NCBI RefSeq assembly: GCF_000145295.1 | Contig: NC_014408.1 | Span: 630,001 to 662,000 of the forward strand | Origin: Methanothermobacter marburgensis str. Marburg | GTDB lineage: Archaea > Methanobacteriota > Methanobacteria > Methanobacteriales > Methanothermobacteraceae | Direction of reading: 5' to 3' | DNA length: 32,000 bases | In this document: positions 1-9,787 of the stretch, piece by piece | Layout: the number at the start of each line of letters is the position of its first letter | Position numbering within the stretch: the first letter of the stretch is position 1 | Program-made: the position numbers and the translations under genes | Notes under the pieces: generated by a model | The model's input: the letters and a program-made list of their open reading frames with translations, nothing else | Told to the model about the DNA's origin: nothing | Databases searched by the model: none

Positions 1-330
1 ACGGGTGTCCACATCCCCCTCAACGGTCAAGACACCTGTATCCAGGGCGCCGCCAGTCCCCCCAAAGTATGCAAGGTCCGCCCCCATGCTTGAGGCGAGC
101 CTGTGGCCGGCATCCCCCCTCACAACCACCTCACCTCCACCCTTGAGGTGTTCAACAACATCCCTGAAGGTGCAGGATGTACCTGGGATCCTGTCCTCAG
201 GGTCAAGCTTCTCACCCCTGTGCTGCCAGTGGAAGTTGTAGGTGAAATCCGCGATGCAGTCCACCGGCCCATCGGGTTCAAGTTCAATAACTTCCCTTTC
301 ATCCCTCCTCCTTCCAAAGAGTCCGAACAT
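1..330 (-). CDS. GXGXG-repeat protein (glutamate synthase alpha-subunit C-terminal domain / FwdC-like). 5' part only; the gene runs off the left edge.
   Basis: Own minus-strand translation from ATG 330-328: MFGLFGRRRDEREVIELEPDGPVDCIADFTYNFHWQHRGEKLDPEDRIPGTSCTFRDVVEHLKGGGEVVVRGDAGHRLASSMGADLAYFGGTGGALDTGVLTVEGDVDTR, open to position 1. SD GGAGGT (337-342, minus) lies 6 nt upstream. Absent from the ORF track because there is no stop in the window. Gly-rich repeats resemble GltB domain 3 / FwdC. Confidence 0.6.
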   Translation of the reverse strand, partial: MFGLFGRRRDEREVIELEPDGPVDCIADFTYNFHWQHRGEKLDPEDRIPGTSCTFRDVVEHLKGGGEVVVRGDAGHRLASSMGADLAYFGGTGGALDTGVLTVEGDVDTR

Positions 331-424
331 GAGAGCACCTCCACATATTTATTACTCCAACCACAGATTTATATACCCATACGATTAAGTTCCCTTCTGT
401 TATATCAATCAAGAGGATGGTAAC

Positions 425-1042
425 TTGCCCGGTAAAATGGAGATACTCAGAGCCCTATCTGAGCTGGGAGTGGATACAAGGTTTGTGAGTGTAACAGACA
501 GTGAGGTCCTCATAAACAACCTCCGTTTCTCAAGGTTCTCAAGGAGGAGGGAGGAGGAGTTCAGCTCAAGGTACCCTGAGATCAGGGTGGTAAGGTCGGG
601 GATATTCCAGAGGATATGCTCAAGGGCATCCAGGGTCCTCGCATCAATCCTGAGGCCCAGGGTGGGTGTTAGGATCCAGGCCGAAGGTGAGATGGCCAAT
701 GCGCTCCATGTGATCCTTGAGCCCTACACAAGAAAGTACGGCATAAGAATCGGTGAGGGGGAGGTCACTGCACTTCCAGCCACACTGGATCACTCCATTG
801 CAGCGGCACTTGAGGATATGGTGAGGGGTGAGCCTATAAGGTACCATCACAGGTCAACATCCAAGGTTATATACCCCCTCTCAACTGTACCTGCAGCGTG
901 GATTGAGTCCTGGCTTGGCACTGAAATCACCATCACCACCAACCCAATCGTGGCGGAGTTCATGGAGTTTTTCAATGAGAATGTACCCCAGTTCAGGGAT
1001 AAGATGCGGAAGTCCCTTGAGTTCATAGGGGAAAATGGTTGA
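425..1042 (+). CDS. Conserved hypothetical protein. The C-terminal half is weakly reminiscent of PP-loop/alpha-hydrolase proteins but has no SGGxDS motif.
   Basis: 205-aa ORF (TTG 425; alternative ATG 437, MEILRAL). AGAGGATGG lies upstream. Codon usage matches neighbours. Convergent with rfcL. No motif I can name with confidence. Confidence 0.6.
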   Translation: MPGKMEILRALSELGVDTRFVSVTDSEVLINNLRFSRFSRRREEEFSSRYPEIRVVRSGIFQRICSRASRVLASILRPRVGVRIQAEGEMANALHVILEPYTRKYGIRIGEGEVTALPATLDHSIAAALEDMVRGEPIRYHHRSTSKVIYPLSTVPAAWIESWLGTEITITTNPIVAEFMEFFNENVPQFRDKMRKSLEFIGENG

Positions 1043-1141
1043 TTAGTTATTATCTTGCAGCTGCGTGCCTGCCTGGAGAAAAGAGGTTTATTGGGGAATT
1101 GATTTTACAGGGAAAAAATAAGGGGTGAATGAATTCAATGA

Positions 1142-2554
1142 TCACCCTGAGAACTGGAAGAGCGAAGTCTGCTTCTCACGGGGCTTATCATCACCGGAAT
1201 CTGATCCGGGGGATTTATCATCACTGGATTTTCTGGTTTTACCTTCAGTTGACTTACTGCCCCTATCCGCGCTCCGGGACTTCTTCTTCTGGGTGTAAAG
1301 TGGTCCAGTCTTATCAGACTTTTTACGTGTCTTCTTAGCTTTGGGAGCCTTTATCTTCCTTTTCCTGAACAGTTTAACCTCTTCGTCTGTGAGTTCAAGG
1401 AATTCCCTCATCTCATAGGCCATTTCATCGTTCCCGAATATTATCTCCATGTAGGGGAACAGTGAAATTGCAACCTTGGGTGATATGTGCATCCTCTCAG
1501 CCATCTTACCTGCAACACTGTCACGGAGGTTCCTCTGCTTGCGTGTTCTCCCAAGTAACCTGAAGGAGGATGAACCTGTGTACCTGACGAATTTCCTGTA
1601 GGTCTTCTCCTTGGCGAGGGCGACACCGGGACCCATGAGATCAGAGGCGTAGCGCCAGTAGGTGTAGTTCCTGCTCCTCACAGCACGGCCAAAGAATATA
1701 TCTGCATGTGATAGCATGTCATAGGCCCTGCTGATCTCATGGGGCTTTTCATATTCCCTTGGAACATTCTCTGCAATGAATTCAAGTACAAGTGTCGGGT
1801 CATCATCCACCCTCATGGCCTCCCTGATCTTTGAGAAGTCTCGGCTCTTCAGAACGGCCCTAACGGCGTCGAAGAGATTGGATGTGGAGTCCTTCTCACC
1901 CATGCTGAGGAGTTCCTCACCAACCCGCTCCTCACCACTGGCCACCGCCTCAAGGTCATTGATCGCAGAACGCAGATCCCCATGGGACCTCTTTGCAAGT
2001 TCCTTGAGGACATCGTCAGGGCAGTCGATACCCTCTGCCCGGCATATCCGTTTCAGGGCCGCGGCTATGGATGATGTATGCACCTTCCTGATGTTTATGA
2101 CCTTACACTTTGGCTTGATGCTCTGAAGCCTCTTGCTGTAGGGGTCATTGGCGGTTAACACAATTGGATGTCTGCTCTCCCTGAGTATCCTGTTTATGGC
2201 CTGGACACCCCCACGGTCCTCGTTGCCGTGTATACCATCCACCTCATCGAGGATGATCAGTTTGAGGTCATGGTTGAAGAGGGAGCGGGTGGCTGACGCC
2301 TCACCGGCAGTCCTCATTATGGCATCCTGTGAGCGCTTGTCACTGGCATTGAGTTCAAGGGTGTCTGAGAACTCCCTACCTATTATGTGTGCCATGGTTG
2401 TCTTCCCGGTACCTGGCGGGCCCACAAGGAGGAGGGGGGGCTGGGGCTCGCCTGCCTTCCATCCACTGATCCACTTCTTTATCTCGGCTATTGCCTTCTG
2501 GTTCCCGGCCACCTCCTCAAAGGTCCTGGGCCGGTACTTCTCTGTCCATGACAT
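1142..2554 (-). CDS. rfcL: Replication factor C large subunit
   Basis: N-terminus [19 protein letters not shown]. Walker [14 protein letters not shown] Walker B. Lys/Ser-rich C-terminal tail ending in a PIP-like box QTSLFQF (1151-1171). Sits immediately downstream of rfcS. Confidence 0.95.
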   Translation of the reverse strand: MSWTEKYRPRTFEEVAGNQKAIAEIKKWISGWKAGEPQPPLLLVGPPGTGKTTMAHIIGREFSDTLELNASDKRSQDAIMRTAGEASATRSLFNHDLKLIILDEVDGIHGNEDRGGVQAINRILRESRHPIVLTANDPYSKRLQSIKPKCKVINIRKVHTSSIAAALKRICRAEGIDCPDDVLKELAKRSHGDLRSAINDLEAVASGEERVGEELLSMGEKDSTSNLFDAVRAVLKSRDFSKIREAMRVDDDPTLVLEFIAENVPREYEKPHEISRAYDMLSHADIFFGRAVRSRNYTYWRYASDLMGPGVALAKEKTYRKFVRYTGSSSFRLLGRTRKQRNLRDSVAGKMAERMHISPKVAISLFPYMEIIFGNDEMAYEMREFLELTDEEVKLFRKRKIKAPKAKKTRKKSDKTGPLYTQKKKSRSADRGSKSTEGKTRKSSDDKSPGSDSGDDKPREKQTSLFQFSG

Positions 2555-2566
2555 TGATCTACCCTC

Positions 2567-3520
2567 TCACTGTTCCAGGAACCTTGCGAGGAGGGCTTCA
2601 AGCTGTATCCTTGGATTGGCGCCCTCCCTTATCCTGAAGTCGTACTCTCCAACAGCCTCTATGAGTTTTATGTACCTCTCGCCCTCGATGGATCCCTCCA
2701 TGGCGAGCCTTGAGAGTTCCTGGTAGATCTGGGTGACCATGTCCTCGCCGCTTATACCCTGGAGGACCATGATCTCCCTGAGCATGTCCCTGGCCTCCAT
2801 GAACTTCCCATCCAGGATGGTCATTATCATCTTCCTTACATCCTTTGGTCTGGCCCTTGAGACCACCTCGTAGATGCTGGATTCTGTTATCTTCTCACCC
2901 AGTGAGGCCGCTGACTGGAGGATGTTTATGGCCTTCCTGAGGTCACCCTCTGCAAAGTAGACCACCGTATCAAGGGCCTGGGGCTCGTATTCCAGGCCCT
3001 CCTGCTCTGCGATGTACTCCAGGCGGCTGATTATGTGGCGGCCCTTGAGCGGGAGGAACCTGAAGATGGCGCACCTTGACTGTATCGGGTCTATGATCTT
3101 TGAGGAGTAGTTACAGGAGAGTATGAATGAGGATGTCTTGGTGTACATCTCCATCTCCCTCCTGAGGGCATGCTGGGCGTCCTTTGTCATGTTGTCAACC
3201 TCGTCAAGGAATATTATCCTGAAGGGCGCCCCCACAGGTTTCAGGCGGCAGAAGTTCTTTATGCTGGTCCTCACGGTATCTATGCCCCTGGCGTCTGAGG
3301 CATTCAGCTCCAGGAAGTTCTGCCTCCAGTACTCCCCGAGGATCTCCCTTGCAAGGGCAAGGGCCGTTGTTGTTTTACCAACACCTGCCGGCCCGGTGAA
3401 CATGAGGTTTGGCATGCTCCTCTCTTCAACGTAGCGTTTGAGGCGTGGTATTATGTGTTCCTGGCCAACGATATCATCAAGTTTCTGTGGTCTGTACTTC
3501 TCTACCCAAGGTCCATTCAT
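2567..3520 (-). CDS. rfcS: Replication factor C small subunit (no intein)
   Basis: [25 protein letters not shown] motif ([10 protein letters not shown]). SD GGTGAT lies 3 nt upstream of the ATG. Confidence 0.97.
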   Translation of the reverse strand: MNGPWVEKYRPQKLDDIVGQEHIIPRLKRYVEERSMPNLMFTGPAGVGKTTTALALAREILGEYWRQNFLELNASDARGIDTVRTSIKNFCRLKPVGAPFRIIFLDEVDNMTKDAQHALRREMEMYTKTSSFILSCNYSSKIIDPIQSRCAIFRFLPLKGRHIISRLEYIAEQEGLEYEPQALDTVVYFAEGDLRKAINILQSAASLGEKITESSIYEVVSRARPKDVRKMIMTILDGKFMEARDMLREIMVLQGISGEDMVTQIYQELSRLAMEGSIEGERYIKLIEAVGEYDFRIREGANPRIQLEALLARFLEQ

Positions 3521-3654
3521 AAGATCACCGGTAATGTTAAGAATTATCTTTTCAGTAGGATCAGGATGGGGTTAACATTTCTGGATGATGTGGTATATTC
3601 CTCTTTCTGAAGGGGTTAATGGTTACCCACCTGGCTGAAACATCAATGAAGGAG

Positions 3655-4548
3655 TTACACCCCCTGGAGGGCATCAAGAAGGGCCTTTTCCATAACATCC
3701 AGGGGAGGCTCCCTCCCGCTCCATATCCTGAAGGCCTCAGCACCCTGATAGAGGAGCATCCTGAGACCTGAAACCGGAACAGCGCCTGCTGCCCTGGCCT
3801 CCCTCAGGAGGCATGTCTCCGGGGGATTGTAGACAAGGTCGTATACAACGAGGCCCTCATGCATGAGTTCAGCTTTTACGAGGGGTTCATCATCCATGTG
3901 GGGGTACATCCCAACAGGTGTTGTGTCTATGAGGATATCGGCCCCCTCCACACAGGCAGGTATGAGTTCATAGCCACCATATTTTACCCTGATATCAAGG
4001 GCCCCCTTAATATCCTCTGCAAGGGCCCTGGCCCTTTCAGGGGTCCTGTTGAGTATGGTTACACTGGCCCCCCTAACTGCAAGCTGGAATGCGCAGGCCC
4101 TCGCAGCCCCACCGGCCCCGAGTATGATGACGGAGGACCCATCAACGGATGTCACCTCCTCAAGGGCCCTCAGGCAGCCAGAGGCATCTGTATTGTATCC
4201 CATTATGGTTTCATCCTCAAACTTCAGGGTGTTCACTGCCCCTATGAGGGAGGCTGTCTCATCAACCTCACCTATGTATTCAAGGACAGACTCCTTGTGG
4301 GGTATTGTGACGTTCACACCCCTCACGTTGAGGGCTCTGAGGCCCCGAACAGCTTCTTCAAGCCCTGATGGTTTCACAGGGAAGGGCACATAGGCCCAGT
4401 CCATTCCAAGGGCTTTGAACGCCGCGTTATGCATCTGTGGTGAGAGGCTGTGGGTGAGGGGGTAACCTATTATTCCCGTGAGCTGTGTATTGCCTGTTAT
4501 CAGTTTATCACAACCATCATCCAGTTCCTGACCTGTTTCAGGCTCCAT
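3655..4548 (-). CDS. aroE: Shikimate 5-dehydrogenase
   Basis: GIIGYPLTHSLSPQMHNAAF, NVTIPHKE and GAGGAARA motifs. The track ORF extends to 4608. That extension (MINKYCRGKG...) overlaps an A/T-rich TATA-like stretch (GATAAATAAATATT), so ATG 4548 (MEPETGQ...) is preferred. Start is uncertain. Confidence 0.88.
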   Translation of the reverse strand: MEPETGQELDDGCDKLITGNTQLTGIIGYPLTHSLSPQMHNAAFKALGMDWAYVPFPVKPSGLEEAVRGLRALNVRGVNVTIPHKESVLEYIGEVDETASLIGAVNTLKFEDETIMGYNTDASGCLRALEEVTSVDGSSVIILGAGGAARACAFQLAVRGASVTILNRTPERARALAEDIKGALDIRVKYGGYELIPACVEGADILIDTTPVGMYPHMDDEPLVKAELMHEGLVVYDLVYNPPETCLLREARAAGAVPVSGLRMLLYQGAEAFRIWSGREPPLDVMEKALLDALQGV

Positions 4549-4661
4549 TTCAGAATTATTCTTATCTCTCAGTTTAACACCTTTTCCTCTGCAATATTTA
4601 TTTATCATCAGCGATAAATATTGTTTCCATCAGTTACCCATCTTGAGAGGGAGGGTGTGAC

Positions 4662-5324
4662 ATGCTTGCCAAGCAGAGATTTGTCCTTGATACAACGGCC
4701 TTTACAGATAACCAGCTCCGGGAGATGCTGGGTGACGGTGACCTCAACAGGTCAGTGGATACCATGCTCGACATCATCGCAAGGAGCAGGATAAAGCTCA
4801 ACATAAGCTGTCACATGCCCCCCATAACCTACAAGGAATTCACTGACTACATAACACGGTATGAATGCCCCGAGGAGACCCTGGTGAAGGCCGAGACATG
4901 GATAGTCAAGAAGACACCCAACCGCTACGACACCCAGATACCCTCCCAGATATTCTATGAATACGTCCATGATATAAGGGAGAGGATGAACAAGGGGCTC
5001 CGGATTTCAGAGACCCTCCTCTGGGAGGCCGGGATACAGTCCATAATCATGGCATCCCGTGGTGTTAATAAGATTGAAATCGAGGGTGAAGTGCTCGGGA
5101 AGGCCATAAAGGACCTCAGGAAGAAGTACCGTTCAGCCCTCAGGAAGGGGACCCTTGACAGTGCCCCGGACCTCGACGTCCTCCTTCTTGCCAAGGAGCT
5201 CGGGGCAGGTGTTGTGGCTGCTGATGACGGTATAAGGGTCTGGGCAGAGCGGCTGGGACTTAGGTTCCTGAATGCCACATCCTTCCCCAAGATGCTCAAG
5301 GAATACCTTAAATATTATGAATGA
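4662..5324 (+). CDS. RNA-free ribonuclease P (HARP, Aquifex Aq_880-like PIN-type protein; formerly UPF0278)
   Basis: [19 protein letters not shown] and [52 protein letters not shown] align closely with the Aq_880 sequence as I remember it ([47 protein letters not shown]...SADEGLRTWADKIGIKLI). SD GAGGGAGGGTG lies upstream. Confidence 0.85.
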   Translation: MLAKQRFVLDTTAFTDNQLREMLGDGDLNRSVDTMLDIIARSRIKLNISCHMPPITYKEFTDYITRYECPEETLVKAETWIVKKTPNRYDTQIPSQIFYEYVHDIRERMNKGLRISETLLWEAGIQSIIMASRGVNKIEIEGEVLGKAIKDLRKKYRSALRKGTLDSAPDLDVLLLAKELGAGVVAADDGIRVWAERLGLRFLNATSFPKMLKEYLKYYE

Positions 5325-5373
5325 TGAATCTCATATCATCCCCTTTATCATTTTTACTGGAGGAATTACTGCC

Positions 5374-6657
5374 ATGGATATATCAAGACCGCGAGGAACC
5401 AGAGATTTTCTTTTCGCTGAGATGAGAAACAGGAAAGAGGTTGAAAACGTACTCAGAAGGACATTTGAGACCTACGGCTACCATGAAATCAAAACACCCA
5501 TATTTGAGGACCTCAAACTCTTCACAGTGAAATCCGGTGAGGAGGTGGTGAACCAGATCTACCACTTCACAGATAAGGGTGGCCGGGAACTTGCACTGAG
5601 GCCGGAACTCACAGCACCGGTCGCCAGGCTCTACATGAATGAGATGCAGCGTGAACCCAAACCGATAAAGATGTACTACTTCGGGAGCTGCTTCAGATAT
5701 GAGAGGCCCCAGGCGGGCCGCTTCAGGCAGTTCTGGCAGTTCGGCTGTGAACTCATAGGGGGAAGGTCTCCGCTGGCAGAGGCCGAGGTCATAACCCTCG
5801 CAGCCGAGTCCCTCAGGAGGCTTGGACTTGAGGGGTTCGAGGTCCACGTCGGGCACCTCGGAATCCTCAGGGGCATCCTTGGCAGGGAGAACATAGGGGA
5901 TGAACTCCAGGACAGGATAATGGGCATAATAGATAAGGGTGACGTTGATGAACTGGAATCCTGCCTTGACGGGGTCGAAATATCCCCCGAGAGCAGGGAT
6001 CTCCTCATGAACCTCATAGGCACACATGGTGGTCCTGAGGTACTTAATGATGTCAGGGGGCTCCTTGAGGGGTACCCGGAGTCCCTCAGTGCCCTTGACG
6101 AGTTTGCTGAACTTGTGGATACCCTTGAACACTTCGGTCTTGAGGACTACCATGTGAACCTTGGAATCGCAAGAGGACTCGACTACTACACCGGCGCAGT
6201 ATTTGAGATTTATGTCCCCAGACTCGGCGCCCAGCGACAGATCTGTGGTGGCGGCACATACAACCTTGTTGAAACCTTTGGGGGCGAAAGGGTTGAATCA
6301 ACGGGCTTCGCATTTGGCTTTGACCGCCTCATGAATGCCCTTGAAATGGACGAGGGAGACATGAGGATGGTTGACGTCTTTGTGATACCCATACATGAAT
6401 CAACACTCCCGGAGGCAATCAGGATCACACAGGAGATCAGAAGTGTGGGTATAGCGGCTGACATGGATCTGGCAGGGAGAAAACTCCGAAAGGCACTTTC
6501 CCATGCTGATCACATTGGGGCAAGGTTTGTGGTCCTCACAGGTGAAAGGGACCTCCATGAGGGTAAGGTCACATTGAGGGACATGGAGGACGCTTCACAG
6601 GAGGCTGTGGATAGGACTGAGATCGTGGATAGGTTGAAGAAAATCTGCTGTGAATAG
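5374..6657 (+). CDS. hisS: Histidyl-tRNA synthetase
   Basis: [18 protein letters not shown] and [16 protein letters not shown] class-II HisRS motifs. Start moved to ATG 5374 ([11 protein letters not shown]) behind GGAGGA (5359-5364). The track start 5272 overlaps the HARP gene. Confidence 0.95.
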   Translation: MDISRPRGTRDFLFAEMRNRKEVENVLRRTFETYGYHEIKTPIFEDLKLFTVKSGEEVVNQIYHFTDKGGRELALRPELTAPVARLYMNEMQREPKPIKMYYFGSCFRYERPQAGRFRQFWQFGCELIGGRSPLAEAEVITLAAESLRRLGLEGFEVHVGHLGILRGILGRENIGDELQDRIMGIIDKGDVDELESCLDGVEISPESRDLLMNLIGTHGGPEVLNDVRGLLEGYPESLSALDEFAELVDTLEHFGLEDYHVNLGIARGLDYYTGAVFEIYVPRLGAQRQICGGGTYNLVETFGGERVESTGFAFGFDRLMNALEMDEGDMRMVDVFVIPIHESTLPEAIRITQEIRSVGIAADMDLAGRKLRKALSHADHIGARFVVLTGERDLHEGKVTLRDMEDASQEAVDRTEIVDRLKKICCE

Positions 6658-6664
6658 GTTTGAA

Positions 6665-6768
6665 TGTCAGGTTTAGGTTGTGTATGTTGAAGAAGATAAA
6701 AGAGAAGAATAAATGAGTTGACAGGTTAGGTTGTGCTGGTTGAATAATAAATAAAAGAATAAATCAAG
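6665..6768. repeat. Imperfect two-copy tandem direct repeat (about 50 bp units) in the hisS-hisI spacer
   Basis: Unit A 6665-6717 is tgtcaggtttaggttgtgtatgttgaagaagataaaagagaagaataaatgag. Unit B 6719-6768 is tgacaggttaggttgtgctggttgaataataaataaaagaataaatcaag. Shared blocks: caggtt(t)aggttgtg, gttgaa, gaataaat. Confidence 0.7.
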
Positions 6769-6779
6769 GAGATGTTAAC

Positions 6780-7166
6780 ATTTTAAATTTCAGACATAAT
6801 ATCAATGGCGAGGACCTCATAATTGCAGTGGCACAGGACCACAGGACAGGAGAGGTCCTCATGGTGGCCTACATGAACCGTGAGGCCCTCGAGAGGACAC
6901 TGGAGACAGGGCTGGCCCACTACTGGAGCACCTCCCGTGGGAAACTCTGGCTCAAGGGTGAGAGTTCTGGACACCTACAGCGTGTTAAGGACGTCCTTGT
7001 GGACTGTGACGCCGACGCAGTTGTGCTGAAGGTGGAACAGGAGGGAGGCGCCTGCCATACAGGTTACCGCTCCTGCTTCTACCGCAGCATTGATGGGGAT
7101 GAACTCAGGGTCAGGGAGGACGCCGTAAGGGTCTTTGATCCTGATGAAATATATGGAGATGGTTAG
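6780..7166 (+). CDS. hisI: Phosphoribosyl-AMP cyclohydrolase
   Basis: [29 protein letters not shown] and [10 protein letters not shown]. The track starts at GTG 6828, but the conserved N-terminal strand [19 protein letters not shown] continues upstream in frame to a TGA at 6741. The only start-like codon behind the SD GGAG (6768-6771) is ATT 6780. Start uncertain; see finding. Confidence 0.88.
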   Translation: MLNFRHNINGEDLIIAVAQDHRTGEVLMVAYMNREALERTLETGLAHYWSTSRGKLWLKGESSGHLQRVKDVLVDCDADAVVLKVEQEGGACHTGYRSCFYRSIDGDELRVREDAVRVFDPDEIYGDG

Positions 7167-8999
7167 ATGAAGATCGTTCCAGATACAAGTGTTATAGTTG
7201 ATGGGCGTATCACCGGCATAGTGCAGGAGGAGGAGTTCAGGGGCAGCGAGGTGATAGTGCCCGAGGCAGTTGTATCTGAACTTGAATACCAGGCCAACCG
7301 TGGAAGGGAAACCGGCTTCAATGGCCTTGAGGAGCTGAAGAACCTCCAGAAGTTCCACAAGGAGAACATAATATCGATGATCTTTGTAGGGCGCCGCCCC
7401 ACAGTGGATGAGATCTCACTCTCAAGGGGCGGTGAGATAGACGCCATGATAAGGGCAACCGCAAGGGAGTACGATGCGCTCCTCATAACCAGCGACAGGG
7501 TGCAGGCAGAGGTCGGGAAGGCCCAGGGACTTGACGTCTTCTACATTAAACCCGAGGTCCTGGAATATGAGGAACTTGAGATAAGCAAGTACTTTGATGA
7601 TTACACCATGTCGGTGCACCTCAAGGAGAACGTTGTGCCAATGGCCAAGAAGGGGCGGCCAGGGAAAATAAGGCTGGTTGAAATAGACAATAAACCACTC
7701 AAACATGCCGATATAAACAGGATGGCCCGTGAGATAGTTGAAAGGGCCAAGAGCGACTTCAAAAGCTTCATTGAGATAGAGATGGAGGGCGCCACTGTGG
7801 TCCAGTTCAGGGAGTACAGGATATCAATAGCAAGGCCGCCCTTCTCAGAGGCCTTCGAGATAACCGCCGTGAGGCCGGTTGCCAGGGTCTCCCTGAAGGA
7901 CTACAGGCTCTCAGAGAGGCTGATTGATAGGCTGAGGGACACTGCCAAGGGTGTCCTCATAGCAGGGGCGCCTGGGGCAGGTAAGAGTACCTTTGCCCAG
8001 GCCGTGGCAGAGTTCTACAGCAGGGAGATGAGGGCGGTTGTGAAGACCATGGAGTCCCCCAGGGACCTCCAGGTGGGTGACGAGATAACCCAGTACGCGC
8101 CCATCGAACGGGATATGCAGAAGACCGCCGACATACTGCTCCTTGTAAGGCCCGATTACACCATCTATGATGAGCTAAGGAAGACCCGCGACTTCAGGAT
8201 CTTCGCGGATATGAGGCTTGCAGGTGTGGGCATGGTTGGGGTTGTCCATGCCACAAGACCCATAGATGCCATACAGAGGATCCTGGGCAGGGTGGAGCTT
8301 GGTGTGATACCCTCGGTGGTTGACACAACTATATTCATTGAGGACGGCGAGGTGAAGGCTGTCTACGACGTATCCCTCACTGTTAAGGTCCCGACGGGTA
8401 TGCAGGAGGCCGACCTTGCAAGGCCTGTCATAGAGATAAGGGACCTTGAGTCAGGGGAGCTCATGCATGAGATCTACACCTACGGTGAGCAGACGATAGT
8501 CATGGATGTCTCAAAGGCATCCCCTGGTGGACGGAAACCCTCGGCCCACAGGATAGCCGAAAGGGAAATCGAGAGGGAGTTCCGCAAGAGGCTACCCGGT
8601 GCAAGGGTCAGGGTTGAACTTGAATCCGATGAAAGGGCAAAGGTCTGGATAGAGGAGAAGTACATCCCCCAGGTAATCGGCAAGAAGGGAAAGACCATCG
8701 AGGAGATCGAGAAGAACATCGGTATAAGTATCGGTGTTGAGCCACTTGAGGAGAGGGAACTTGAGGAGACCGTTGAGGTTCCGGTGGAACTTGCAGGAAA
8801 CTACGTGGTCCTCAACTTTGGCAGGGATGCCGTGGGCGTATCATTCGACATACTGGTTGAGGACGAGTACCTCTTCACAGCGACGGTGGGTAAGAAGGGC
8901 ACCATAAAGCTCAGAAGGGACATAGAACTTGCAGATATAATCATGGAGGCAGTGAAGCACAACATACCTGTGAGGGCAAGGGTGCGGCCTGAGGCCTAG
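7167..8999 (+). CDS. PIN-domain / PilT-like ATPase / KH-domain fusion protein (COG1855-type)
   Basis: N-terminus MKIVPDTSVIVDG (PIN first Asp strand). Walker A GAPGAGKST. C-terminal KH GXXG loop VIGKKGKTIEEIE. ATG abuts the hisI stop (TAGATG). Confidence 0.85.
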   Translation: MKIVPDTSVIVDGRITGIVQEEEFRGSEVIVPEAVVSELEYQANRGRETGFNGLEELKNLQKFHKENIISMIFVGRRPTVDEISLSRGGEIDAMIRATAREYDALLITSDRVQAEVGKAQGLDVFYIKPEVLEYEELEISKYFDDYTMSVHLKENVVPMAKKGRPGKIRLVEIDNKPLKHADINRMAREIVERAKSDFKSFIEIEMEGATVVQFREYRISIARPPFSEAFEITAVRPVARVSLKDYRLSERLIDRLRDTAKGVLIAGAPGAGKSTFAQAVAEFYSREMRAVVKTMESPRDLQVGDEITQYAPIERDMQKTADILLLVRPDYTIYDELRKTRDFRIFADMRLAGVGMVGVVHATRPIDAIQRILGRVELGVIPSVVDTTIFIEDGEVKAVYDVSLTVKVPTGMQEADLARPVIEIRDLESGELMHEIYTYGEQTIVMDVSKASPGGRKPSAHRIAEREIEREFRKRLPGARVRVELESDERAKVWIEEKYIPQVIGKKGKTIEEIEKNIGISIGVEPLEERELEETVEVPVELAGNYVVLNFGRDAVGVSFDILVEDEYLFTATVGKKGTIKLRRDIELADIIMEAVKHNIPVRARVRPEA

Positions 9000-9008
9000 G
9001 TGATCTGG

Positions 9009-9752
9009 ATGAGGATAGGTGTCTCAACACTTGCACTCTCCCCGCTTTCACTGGAGGAGATGCTCACCTGGATTGAGGATGCAGGGGCAGATTGCTGTGA
9101 GATAATCTACGAGTACCCCCTGGATGACTTGGAGGTGGCTGACTCCTTCAGCCTTGATTTCACGGTGCATGCACCCATCTCGGACATAAACATAGCATCC
9201 CTCAACAGGGGGATCAGGGAGGCGTCCATATCTGAGATTAAATCCGCGGTTGACCTTGCAGTTGAACTGGACTCCGAGGTGGTTGTCGTGCACCCGGGCA
9301 CTGTCCCCTTCCTTGGAAGACCCCACAGGGACCTCATAGTTCAGCATAACCTTGAATCGCTTTCAGTGATATCTGAATATGCAGAGGACAGGGGTACCGG
9401 GATCTACCCTGAGAACATGCCCCGCCTTGAGGGTCCCCTTCTAAGGGAACTTGAGGATCTATGGAGGGTTGCAGAGGAACTTGAAATCCAGGTGACACTG
9501 GACGCTGCCCACGCAGCAACCATGGGTTACAGTGAAGGGGAGATGGTGTCCCTGAGGGTGGGACACGTCCACCTCTCCGACAACAACGGCGAGGTTGACA
9601 GCCACGATGCCCTCGGCGACGGTGCACTGGATTTCAGAGCCATTATTGAAGGTTTAAGGGGGATCGGTTACAGGGGTATTCTCACGGTTGAGGTTAAAAC
9701 ACCCGGTGAGGTTGAGAGGAGTATTGAATTCCTTAGGAAGGTTATTGATTAG
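9009..9752 (+). CDS. Xylose-isomerase-like TIM-barrel protein (sugar phosphate isomerase/epimerase family)
   Basis: Family-typical pattern: VVVHPG, ENM, HLSDNNG..DSHDALGDG. Start set to ATG 9009, 4 nt after the perfect SD AGGTGAT (8998-9004). The track uses GTG 9000. Confidence 0.75.
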   Translation: MRIGVSTLALSPLSLEEMLTWIEDAGADCCEIIYEYPLDDLEVADSFSLDFTVHAPISDINIASLNRGIREASISEIKSAVDLAVELDSEVVVVHPGTVPFLGRPHRDLIVQHNLESLSVISEYAEDRGTGIYPENMPRLEGPLLRELEDLWRVAEELEIQVTLDAAHAATMGYSEGEMVSLRVGHVHLSDNNGEVDSHDALGDGALDFRAIIEGLRGIGYRGILTVEVKTPGEVERSIEFLRKVID

Positions 9753-9787
9753 TAATCATGTCTGAGAAAGTTAACCATGGTGATATT

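Noticed and set aside
2148-2726. Long antisense ORFs inside well-supported genes. Examples: 2148-2726 (+), 5383-6153 (-), 17469-17855 (-), 19392-20003 (-), 23722-24147 (-), 24871-25494 (+), 29067-29681 (+).
   Set aside because: They lie entirely opposite strongly recognisable genes (RFC, hisS, infB, eif2g, argH, PP-loop ATPase, GGR). They have Ser/Pro/Arg-rich low-complexity translations and no SD. They are typical shadow ORFs of a codon-biased genome.
6665-6768. Could the direct repeats here and at 11038-11111 and 24189-24287 be a degenerate CRISPR array or MITE ends?
   Set aside because: Only two copies each. No regular repeat-spacer periodicity beyond one period. No terminal inverted repeats or target-site duplications. 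No cas or transposase genes in the window.
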